IMG/VR virus record: IMGVR_UViG_3300025108_000066
Location: 1 to 53,970 of that record
DNA: 53,970 bases
DNA from: a virus
Lineage: Duplodnaviria > Caudoviricetes
Strand: one strand, 5' to 3'
The translations under genes and the position numbers were made by a program. The notes beneath the pieces are model-generated. The model worked only from the letters and a program-made list of their open reading frames with translations, was not told the DNA's origin and made no database searches. Shown in pieces: positions 46,668 to 53,970 of the stretch (position 1 is its first letter; each line of letters opens with the position of its first letter).

Positions 46668-47030
46668 CTTGTGATTATGAGACACAAGTGTGGGGTAGGT
46701 AGTGGCAAAGTAGGGTATAATAAATATACGGATTTAATTCCAAAATCCCACGCCTACCTACCTCTAATGAATATTTCTCAATGAGTAATTAGTACTCAAG
46801 CTTATTGGGAGCATAGATGTAAGCTAGCGTATACATCTATGTAGGGTAGATAGCTAGATGGTTGGTGATTCTTAGTCCATGAAAGCCAACATAAAGACTA
46901 CCAAGATGACTATGTATGGAGCAAAACTAGTCTATCTATCCTTAATGAATTACTAGAACGAAATCACCTAGCAATAGGTTGGAGATAGGTAACGCTGTAT
47001 CGTTCCAGCATGTAGGTTACTTATCTCTAA
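46667..47030 (+). ncRNA. Candidate structured RNA (seven consecutive stem-loops)
   Basis: Back-to-back stems with G-U pairs valid only on the + strand, a GCAA tetraloop, and no ORF in the track. Confidence 0.6.
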
Positions 47031-47039
47031 GGACTATGC

Positions 47040-47067
47040 CGAGCAGAAATTTTTTTCGGTTGTGTCA
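47040..47067 (+). promoter_or_regulatory. Early-region bipartite motif, copy 3
   Basis: CGAGCAGAAATTTTTTTCGGTTGTGTCA; 87 nt upstream of ATG 47127. Confidence 0.7.
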
Positions 47068-47126
47068 AAATCAAACAAGAATTTCCCACAATGTCGTGGG
47101 GATATAACAACACATAGGAGAAAACT

Positions 47127-48116
47127 ATGAGAGCGAAACTACTTATGCAAACCCTAAAGGACTTGTTTAAGATAAAGAGGACAGTAGCTATCGAGGGTAG
47201 CCCTGGGGGTGGTAAGACTACCATATGCCAACAGGTTGCCAAAGAGCTAGGTGTCGGATACGAAGAAGTGCATATGCCAACCATGTTGGTAGAGGACTTC
47301 GGTATTCCTATACCTCAGCCTGATGGCTCACTTAAATATTCCATACCACATTGGATACCCGTAGTGGGTAGCGACCACCCTGATACAGGTATATTGGTAC
47401 TTGATGACATGAATCAAGCTAGTGCTGACTTACAGAAAGTGGTAGCTAACATGTGTCAAGCAAGGAATGTACATGGCTATCAAATCAAAGAGGGGTGGCA
47501 GATTGTATCAACAGGTAACAAGGTGTCGGACAGAGCTGGTGCTAATCGTGTATTGTCTCACTTACGTAACAGGCATACTGTGTATGACTTAGAGACACAC
47601 GTTGATGATTGGTATGCATGGGCTATTGAACACAATGTAAAGCCTGAAGTCATCTCATTCATCAAGTTCAGAACGGACTTGTTGCATGACTTTGACCCAC
47701 AAAGAGAGTCTAACCCTACACCACGTTCATGGGTAGAGGGTGTGTCTAATGCAATAGGTGTCGTATCACCTGAGGCAGAGTATGAGACATTCAAAGGTGC
47801 TGTCGGTGAGGGTGCTAGTGCAGAGTTCACAGGGTTTGTGAAGATATATCGTAACCTACCTGATATGGAACAGGTCATTAAGAAACCACTTGAGGCTACT
47901 GTGCCTACTGACCCAGCTACATTGTATGCAATGTCTGGCAGTCTAGCTACGTACTCAACAGTGGATAACTTCAAGAATGTACTGACATATCTAGACAGGA
48001 TACCCCCTGAGTTTTCAGTACTGTCGGTATCGTATGCAGTCAAGAAGAATGTCGAGCTGATGAACACACCTGAGTTCACTAAGTGGGCAGTCGATAAGCA
48101 GAATGTAATTATATAA
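47127..48116 (+). CDS. MoxR/AAA_5-like AAA+ ATPase
   Basis: Walker A GSPGGGKT, Walker B LVLDDMN, sensor STGN, arginine finger LRNR, TPRSW. Confidence 0.9.
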   Translation: MRAKLLMQTLKDLFKIKRTVAIEGSPGGGKTTICQQVAKELGVGYEEVHMPTMLVEDFGIPIPQPDGSLKYSIPHWIPVVGSDHPDTGILVLDDMNQASADLQKVVANMCQARNVHGYQIKEGWQIVSTGNKVSDRAGANRVLSHLRNRHTVYDLETHVDDWYAWAIEHNVKPEVISFIKFRTDLLHDFDPQRESNPTPRSWVEGVSNAIGVVSPEAEYETFKGAVGEGASAEFTGFVKIYRNLPDMEQVIKKPLEATVPTDPATLYAMSGSLATYSTVDNFKNVLTYLDRIPPEFSVLSVSYAVKKNVELMNTPEFTKWAVDKQNVII

Positions 48117-48132
48117 CAACGAGGTAAACACA

Positions 48133-48987
48133 ATGAGTAAACTAAACAATGAGGCATTGTTGGTACAGCTTACTGTACGACAAGCTACCATGCGTAAGAG
48201 GGACAAGAAAGCCACACAAGATGTAGCTATGTCCAACAACGCAGAGGTATCTAGTGGTAACTACAACAAAGCTCTACTACCAATGGCTGAGTCATTGAGT
48301 AACATACACAAGATGACAACACAGATAAGGCAGATGTACTATGACAACACGTTGCCATGGGGCATTGAGGGTACCATGATACTACCCTCTAAAAACTATC
48401 TGTCGTTCATGGAAATGTACAGGAAAGCTAAGTCCCAATGGGTGGTGCTAGTGGATAAGTTCATAGATGACTATCCAAGACTGATACAAAATGCACAGGT
48501 ATCACTAGGTAAGTTATACAATGCTAGTGATTACCCTGACATAGAGGACTTGAAGAGTAAGTTCGACATGGACATTAGGGTAATGCCTGTACCAGCTGAT
48601 GACTTCAGAGTATCAATACCTGACAGCGAGTTGGCACAAGTCAGAGCTGATGTCGGTGCACAAGTTGAGAGTGCAACAACCAAAGCTATGGGCGAGGCAT
48701 GGCAGAGACTATACGATAGAGTGAAACACATATCGGATAAGTTGCATGACCCTAAGTCTATCTTCAGAGATACTCTGATAGATAACACTAAGGATATATG
48801 TGATGTGCTTAAGAGATTGAACATCAATGATGATGAGAATCTAGAGAGGCTACGTGCTGAAGTTGAGCAATCATTTACTAAACTACACCCTGAATCATTA
48901 CGTAATGACCCACATCTTAGGACTCAAAAGAGTAATGAGGCTAGTGATATTATGAAGAGAATGGGTGCATACATGGGAAATATATAA
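48133..48987 (+). CDS. Helical protein of the AAA-vWA module (DUF3150-like)
   Basis: TLPW...G..ILP, YNASDYP; sits between the ATPase and vWA genes. Confidence 0.6.
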   Translation: MSKLNNEALLVQLTVRQATMRKRDKKATQDVAMSNNAEVSSGNYNKALLPMAESLSNIHKMTTQIRQMYYDNTLPWGIEGTMILPSKNYLSFMEMYRKAKSQWVVLVDKFIDDYPRLIQNAQVSLGKLYNASDYPDIEDLKSKFDMDIRVMPVPADDFRVSIPDSELAQVRADVGAQVESATTKAMGEAWQRLYDRVKHISDKLHDPKSIFRDTLIDNTKDICDVLKRLNINDDENLERLRAEVEQSFTKLHPESLRNDPHLRTQKSNEASDIMKRMGAYMGNI

Positions 48988-50114
48988 TGGATATAAACAC
49001 ACGTATAAGTAAAGCTAAGACACGACTGATACTTGAACACCCTTTCATTGGCACAATAGCTATGAACATGGTGTTCAGAGTTAGTGATGAGTGTCCAACA
49101 GCTATGACTAATGGCAAAGAGGTTGTACTAAACCCTGACTTCTGTGCCATGTTGAATGATGATGAGCTATTGTTTCTAGTAGCTCATGAATGCTTTCACC
49201 CTATGCTAGAGCATTGTGTACGTAGAGGCGACAAAGACCCAAGGGGTTGGAACGTAGCTACTGACTATGTAATCAATCAGTTACTTACTGATGAGAAGAT
49301 AGGCACTATGCCAAAGCAAGGTCTATTAGACAAGGAAATCTATGACAAGGGCGAGGGTATATCAGATAAGATATACCACTTGTTACCCCAAGATGATGAT
49401 GACACACCCAATGGTGGTAACGACCAAGGTCAAGCACTAGATGAGTGTGGGGATAGTGGTCAATCACCAGCTGAGATTGAACAGCAGAAAGCAGAATGGA
49501 AAGTTAAGGTAGCACAAGCAAGTCAATCAGCCAAGATGATGGGTAAGCTGAGTGCCAACATGCAGAGACTTGTTGGTGTGTTACTGAAACCCAAAGTAAA
49601 CTGGCGAGATGTCTTACAGAGGTTTGTTGTCAAGCAAAGGAATGATGACAGGTCTTATGCAAGACTGAACAGAAGATTCGCTAGTCAAGGACTAGTAATA
49701 CCTAGTATTACAGGTGAGGGACTAGGCGAGATAGCATTTGCAATAGATACATCTGGCTCTATTGGTGAGACTGAATTGAATCAGTTTGCAAGTGAGGTAA
49801 GAGAAGTATGGGAAACCCACAAGCCTGAGAAGATACATGTTATCTACTTCGATAGTGAGGTCTGCCATGCTGATGAGTTTGATAGGTATACTGAGCCTAC
49901 CTTTGCACCACATGGTGGTGGAGGTACAGCATTCAGCCCTGTCTTCAAGTACATGCAAGACAAGGACATACAACCTGTCGCATGTATATTTCTAACAGAC
50001 TTATATTGCAACGACTATGGCGATACACCTGACTATCCAGTCTTATGGGTATCAACACATGAACATGAGACCCTACCACCATTTGGTGAGGTAACTCTAA
50101 TGCAAGATGAGTAA
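48987..50114 (+). CDS. DUF2201-like metallopeptidase + vWA domain protein
   Basis: PTAMTNG, VAHECFH (HExxH), WNVATDYVIN; MIDAS IDTSGS, GGGGT.F, FLTD. Confidence 0.88.
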   Translation: MDINTRISKAKTRLILEHPFIGTIAMNMVFRVSDECPTAMTNGKEVVLNPDFCAMLNDDELLFLVAHECFHPMLEHCVRRGDKDPRGWNVATDYVINQLLTDEKIGTMPKQGLLDKEIYDKGEGISDKIYHLLPQDDDDTPNGGNDQGQALDECGDSGQSPAEIEQQKAEWKVKVAQASQSAKMMGKLSANMQRLVGVLLKPKVNWRDVLQRFVVKQRNDDRSYARLNRRFASQGLVIPSITGEGLGEIAFAIDTSGSIGETELNQFASEVREVWETHKPEKIHVIYFDSEVCHADEFDRYTEPTFAPHGGGGTAFSPVFKYMQDKDIQPVACIFLTDLYCNDYGDTPDYPVLWVSTHEHETLPPFGEVTLMQDE

Positions 50115-50136
50115 TTAACAAACGAGGTAAATAAAA

Positions 50137-50820
50137 ATGGCAACAGTAAGAATAAGTCAGACACTAAGAGATGACATTATAAATAATGCTAGGACTCTTT
50201 TTAAAGACAGAAAGAGACAGGCTAAAGAAAACTACAACAAGGACTGGGGCAAACAGATACTTAGTAAGATGTACCCCCATGATGTAATCCAAAAGATAAA
50301 CGCTTTGGATAAGGCGTGGTTTAAAGAGGGGGACACTATAACTTTGCAAGGGTTTATGAATACACCTGATGAAGTTATACAGAAGAAGTACAATCGTGAT
50401 GTCAAATTTAATGTAGGTAAATTCCCTTACCCAAGACAGTATAATATATTTAAAGACTATGGGTACACAGGTACAGGCGACTATGAGGGTGTAACTCTTA
50501 CGTTAGATTCTACAGACCCCAAGTGGGAAGAGATACAGAAAGAGTACAAGGTATACAGACAAGCCATGTACGACATAGAACAAGAAGAAGAGAAGATTGT
50601 AGGTACTGTTAAAACAGTATTGGATAACTACAGTACTCTATCACCATGCTTAAAGGCACTACCTAAACTCTATGAGTTATTGCCCCAGCATACCAAGGAG
50701 AGACACAATCAAATCATTAAGAAAGCAGACAAGATTAAACCTGAAGAGCTAGAGATAGACACATCAAGTCTAGATGTAGCTATGGTAAAAGATAAGATAA
50801 CTAAAGGAGGTAACAAATGA
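50137..50820 (+). CDS. Hypothetical protein
   Basis: GAGG SD; in the operon with the AAA-vWA module. Confidence 0.75.
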   Translation: MATVRISQTLRDDIINNARTLFKDRKRQAKENYNKDWGKQILSKMYPHDVIQKINALDKAWFKEGDTITLQGFMNTPDEVIQKKYNRDVKFNVGKFPYPRQYNIFKDYGYTGTGDYEGVTLTLDSTDPKWEEIQKEYKVYRQAMYDIEQEEEKIVGTVKTVLDNYSTLSPCLKALPKLYELLPQHTKERHNQIIKKADKIKPEELEIDTSSLDVAMVKDKITKGGNK

Positions 50821-51998
50821 CAATGAAAGTACCAAGCTGGCAAGACATAACTCTAAATGTTTGGAACAAAGATGACTTGATGAAGTTAAATACAAACAAC
50901 TGGCAACCTGTTGGTGATACACATACCATACCTGACCATGGTCTGGGTAAGTTTGACTATGACAGTCTATGGAAACTTGCCCTTAAATCTAGAGCCCCAA
51001 GAGGTAAAGGTAAGTTTATTAACACATGGCTAAGACTAAAGCTAGACAATGAAGAGCCATGCCTAATGATTTATGGCAAGGAGTTTATGCGTGTTAGTCA
51101 AGATAACATAGCTACTGTTCAAATAGATACCAAAGATGTGTGGCATTCACCAAGTGTTTATGTATCAGCACTAGAGAAATGGATACCCTTTATGATAATG
51201 AGACATAGGACTGGTATCTATAGGATAATGCACAAGCTTAAAGTGTTAGAACACGTAAAGGAATTTGTTGGAACTGAGATATATTCATGGACTATGTATC
51301 AGAAAATTCTAAGGCAAGGGCAAGTAGTTTGTAAGGGACTTAGGTTTGACTTGAACACAGGCAAACTACTAAATCCTAACACAGACCACGAGCCTACAAA
51401 ATGTGTAGAGCATAAAGACAAGAGGAAAGAATGGCGAAAGAATATAACAGCATTTAAGAAACAGTTACGAACAAGACTAAGACTAGGTGTAGTCGAGACA
51501 ATGCTAGATAAGATACAAAATGCAAATACTACTAGATGTCTTAATGTTATAGAGACTCATGCCAAACTGTTGGGGAAGTGGGATAGTGATGAGTATGGCA
51601 GTCTTGGATATCAAGTAGGTAGAATAAGAGAAGAACAAAAGGATAATAAAAATACATCTCTACAGGTTGCTATAAATTGGAATGAGTCTATAGAATTTAT
51701 AGCCTCACACATAGCAAACAACACAATGCCTAACGAGATATTCATACCATTGTGTATAACAATACAGACCATACAAGAGAATGCATGGAGGAGTGAGCCT
51801 ACCTTAGACCAATGTATTACTACATTCTTTAACAAACTGAGCCTACCTCTACGAAGACATTTCGGAGTGATAGAAAAGGAGGCTACTATATCATCTGACA
51901 ACAACTTGTACTATATATGTAGACCACGCAGAAGATTTTATAGTGTCGAGCTACCTATAGACCAAATATACAATACATATAAAGGAGAAATAAAATGA
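50817..51998 (+). CDS. Hypothetical protein (393 aa)
   Basis: AGGAGG SD, ATGA overlap; no motif recognised. Confidence 0.75.
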   Translation: MTMKVPSWQDITLNVWNKDDLMKLNTNNWQPVGDTHTIPDHGLGKFDYDSLWKLALKSRAPRGKGKFINTWLRLKLDNEEPCLMIYGKEFMRVSQDNIATVQIDTKDVWHSPSVYVSALEKWIPFMIMRHRTGIYRIMHKLKVLEHVKEFVGTEIYSWTMYQKILRQGQVVCKGLRFDLNTGKLLNPNTDHEPTKCVEHKDKRKEWRKNITAFKKQLRTRLRLGVVETMLDKIQNANTTRCLNVIETHAKLLGKWDSDEYGSLGYQVGRIREEQKDNKNTSLQVAINWNESIEFIASHIANNTMPNEIFIPLCITIQTIQENAWRSEPTLDQCITTFFNKLSLPLRRHFGVIEKEATISSDNNLYYICRPRRRFYSVELPIDQIYNTYKGEIK

Positions 51999-52180
51999 CA
52001 AACAACAGCATGATAGCAGAAGAGGATATGTGCAAATCGAACATAATTCAAATTGCTATCAGAAGAAGAGTACTGATTGATAAGGTTAAGCTAATACTAA
52101 AAGATAGTATGTCAAAAGGTGAAAGCATAGAGCCTAATCGTTTGTATGAAACAATAATAAAAATGGAGAAGAAAGTATGA
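51995..52180 (+). CDS. Hypothetical protein
   Basis: AAGGAG SD, ATGA overlaps. Confidence 0.65.
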   Translation: MTNNSMIAEEDMCKSNIIQIAIRRRVLIDKVKLILKDSMSKGESIEPNRLYETIIKMEKKV

Positions 52181-52311
52181 GTGATGTAGAAAAACTACAA
52201 GAGTTTTTAAAGTGGGTTAAGACAAGTCCATTTAAGTTTGATGTTACAGGAATGCAAGGTGGATTTGTTCGTGTAAAATTTTATGTAGAAGAGGAGAAAG
52301 ATAATGAGTAG
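52177..52311 (+). CDS. Small protein, 44 aa (not in ORF track)
   Basis: GGAG SD; MSDVEKLQEFLKWVKTSP...EEEKDNE*. Confidence 0.7.
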   Translation: MSDVEKLQEFLKWVKTSPFKFDVTGMQGGFVRVKFYVEEEKDNE

Positions 52312-52525
52312 TAGTACAGGCGAGTGGTGTTGCACAGAGTGTGGCTCATACAATGCCTATCAAGAAACATTTAGTGATGATGAGGTAGGACACATTATGG
52401 GCTGTAATGATTGTGGTTACTATGATGTATACAGAGAGAATGCAGAAACAGGACAAGTAATAGAAGAGTATCAAGGCAAAGAACACTACTATGCCAAAGA
52501 AGATAAGGAGAAAGACAATGACTAG
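52304..52525 (+). CDS. Small Zn-ribbon protein
   Basis: CTECGS ... CNDCGY. Confidence 0.7.
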   Translation: MSSSTGEWCCTECGSYNAYQETFSDDEVGHIMGCNDCGYYDVYRENAETGQVIEEYQGKEHYYAKEDKEKDND

Positions 52526-52646
52526 AGAAGAACTTTATGAGTGGTTGAACACTTGCCCAAGCCACAAATGGGAGACGCCCCATGAGAGTGAGGAGTATGT
52601 AAGTGTTGATTTTAAAATAGATGAAGAGGAGGAAGATGATGAGTAA
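52518..52646 (+). CDS. Small acidic protein, 42 aa (not in ORF track)
   Basis: AAGGAG SD; MTREELYEWLNTCP...EEEEDDE*. Confidence 0.7.
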   Translation: MTREELYEWLNTCPSHKWETPHESEEYVSVDFKIDEEEEDDE

Positions 52647-52890
52647 TAAAGACGGTTGGGTAGATGATTACACAATAAGTATTGGATGGTGTACTGATGA
52701 TGTTTTGGAACTTGTACGCATGAGAAATATGAACAGGTTGTCAGATGATATACCAAAAGAAAAACTAACTTTAGATGAATGTAAAGAGGTGTTAGCTAGA
52801 TGTTTAAGAGGACATGACGCTAATCATGGTATTACATGGGACACATTAGATTTTCACATTGACGACATTATAAAGGAGAAAGACAAATGA
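52636..52890 (+). CDS. Hypothetical protein
   Basis: GAGGAGG SD; W..DDV, LT..EC.EVL, HDA..GITW; start at 52636 or 52639. Confidence 0.7.
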   Translation: MMSNKDGWVDDYTISIGWCTDDVLELVRMRNMNRLSDDIPKEKLTLDECKEVLARCLRGHDANHGITWDTLDFHIDDIIKEKDK

Positions 52891-53369
52891 CAGTAGTAGT
52901 ATGGGACGGCGAAACTCTAGCTACAGATAGACAGGCTAGTGATGGCTCAGTTAAATGGGAGACAGACAAAGCGTGGTACGTAATGAGAGATGACAAACCT
53001 TACATAGTATCGGGAGTAGGTTATCTTAAATACATTGTAGCTTTGAGAGAGTGGTTTACTGAGGGTGCTAACCCTGATAAGTACCCTTTCGGAATAAGTG
53101 ATACAGGGGCATACAAGATTACCAAGTCTCAACTCATTGTCGTAAGTAAAGACAAAGGTCTAATGGTTTATGAAGACACACCATTCCCTGTGATACGTGG
53201 GTTTACACAATGTGCATTCGGAGATGGCAAAGAGTTTTCATATGGGGCATTGAGTATGGGAGCTACATCAAGTGAGGCAGTAGGTGTTACCAATGAACAT
53301 TCTTTACATTGTGGGAAAGGAGTGGCACTATACAGTTTATATAACTTACACAGTAGTAAAGTAACATAA
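52887..53369 (+). CDS. Ntn-hydrolase (HslV/proteasome beta-like) protein
   Basis: M-T start, LATDRQ, conserved-position K, AFGDG....GAL.MGA...EAV. Confidence 0.65.
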   Translation: MTVVVWDGETLATDRQASDGSVKWETDKAWYVMRDDKPYIVSGVGYLKYIVALREWFTEGANPDKYPFGISDTGAYKITKSQLIVVSKDKGLMVYEDTPFPVIRGFTQCAFGDGKEFSYGALSMGATSSEAVGVTNEHSLHCGKGVALYSLYNLHSSKVT

Positions 53370-53385
53370 AGGAGTTTACACGAGT

Positions 53386-53613
53386 ATGATAAAGAGTAAT
53401 GACAAGGTAGAGAAACCTGAACACTATGCAAGGTATAAGATAGAGCCAATAACATTTATTGTTGAGAACGATATACCTTATTGTGAATCAAACGTAATCA
53501 AGTATGTCTGTAGGTGGCAGTACAAACACCCAACTAAACAAGGACAGATAGATGACTTGAAGAAAGCAAGACAGTATATAGATATATTAATTAAAAAAGT
53601 AGAGAGAGGTTAG
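53386..53613 (+). CDS. DUF3310 protein (T7 gp1.7 nucleotide kinase-like)
   Basis: V..P.HY, IEPI, NVIKYVCR, DLKKARQY. Confidence 0.85.
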   Translation: MIKSNDKVEKPEHYARYKIEPITFIVENDIPYCESNVIKYVCRWQYKHPTKQGQIDDLKKARQYIDILIKKVERG

Positions 53614-53614
53614 T

Positions 53615-53809
53615 ATGAAGATAGATGTATGGGAAAAAGTAAAGACAACAAGTATTGATGAGATAGACACTAATAAACATATTCTAGCTGAGCTTGATGA
53701 AGACCAGTCTCAGTACAGAATAATTAAAGTACTTAAAAATGGGACAGCAATAGATGTTTCATCAGAGGGTAATTGGGTATTTCATAAATATTTAGACAGT
53801 AAAATTTAG
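53615..53809 (+). CDS. Hypothetical protein
   Basis: GAGG SD; tight operon packing. Confidence 0.65.
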   Translation: MKIDVWEKVKTTSIDEIDTNKHILAELDEDQSQYRIIKVLKNGTAIDVSSEGNWVFHKYLDSKI

Positions 53810-53819
53810 GAGGATAAAG

Positions 53820-53970
53820 ATGTTAATACAAGTAAATAGATACATAAAAACCACTTACGAATTAAATAAAATTCCCGAAGATGGGTTTGAAAATTGGTCT
53901 GATGATGAGATAGCTGGTCATTTTGAAGAGCATGGTCTTGCAGTAAAAACAGACAGAGGATATTGTGGCT
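53820..53970 (+). CDS. 5' part of the junction-spanning ORF (continues at 100-134)
   Basis: AGGAGG SD, ATG 53820, frame open to the window end. Confidence 0.75.
   Translation, partial: MLIQVNRYIKTTYELNKIPEDGFENWSDDEIAGHFEEHGLAVKTDRGYCG
53872..53970. repeat. Terminal direct repeat, copy 2
   Basis: 97 of 99 nt identical to 1-99. Confidence 0.95.

Noticed and set aside
46667-47030. tRNA or hammerhead ribozyme
   Set aside because: No cloverleaf with a T-loop/CCA and no CUGANGA/GAAA core.

Overview
The window is an apparently complete, circularly assembled, AT-rich dsDNA tailed-phage genome of about 53.9 kb. It has a 99-bp end overlap, and one ORF runs across the junction. The architecture is podovirus-like, and a marine, low-GC Gram-negative host is inferred but not shown. 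The + arm (44536 -> end -> 9848) carries early/accessory genes (MoxR-like AAA+ ATPase, HExxH/vWA peptidase, Ntn-hydrolase, DUF3310, many tiny ORFs), followed by replication genes (family A polymerase with Leu762, PD-(D/E)XK nuclease, VRR-NUC, SNF2 helicase, two ssDNA-binding-type proteins, HTH, primase-DUF927 helicase). The - arm (44253 -> 9906) carries terminase, portal, scaffold, capsid, adaptors, two paralogous S74-chaperoned fibres, an operon of exported/membrane proteins, the nozzle, and ejection proteins including a 3270-aa polyvalent protein. I recognised no integrase, RNA polymerase, tRNA, CRISPR array or canonical endolysin. The most notable unexplained signals are: (1) a ~365-nt non-coding block (46667-47030) tiled by + strand RNA hairpins with a possible pseudoknot; (2) a 28-bp bipartite motif repeated ahead of three early gene units; (3) an iteron-like repeat field (45197-45696); (4) a recurrent [YM]xxGGx[VL] peptide in several late proteins; (5) an envelope-targeted operon with an unannotated lipoprotein but no endolysin; (6) apparent genome-wide GATC avoidance. 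All family assignments come from motif recognition by eye, not database searches.
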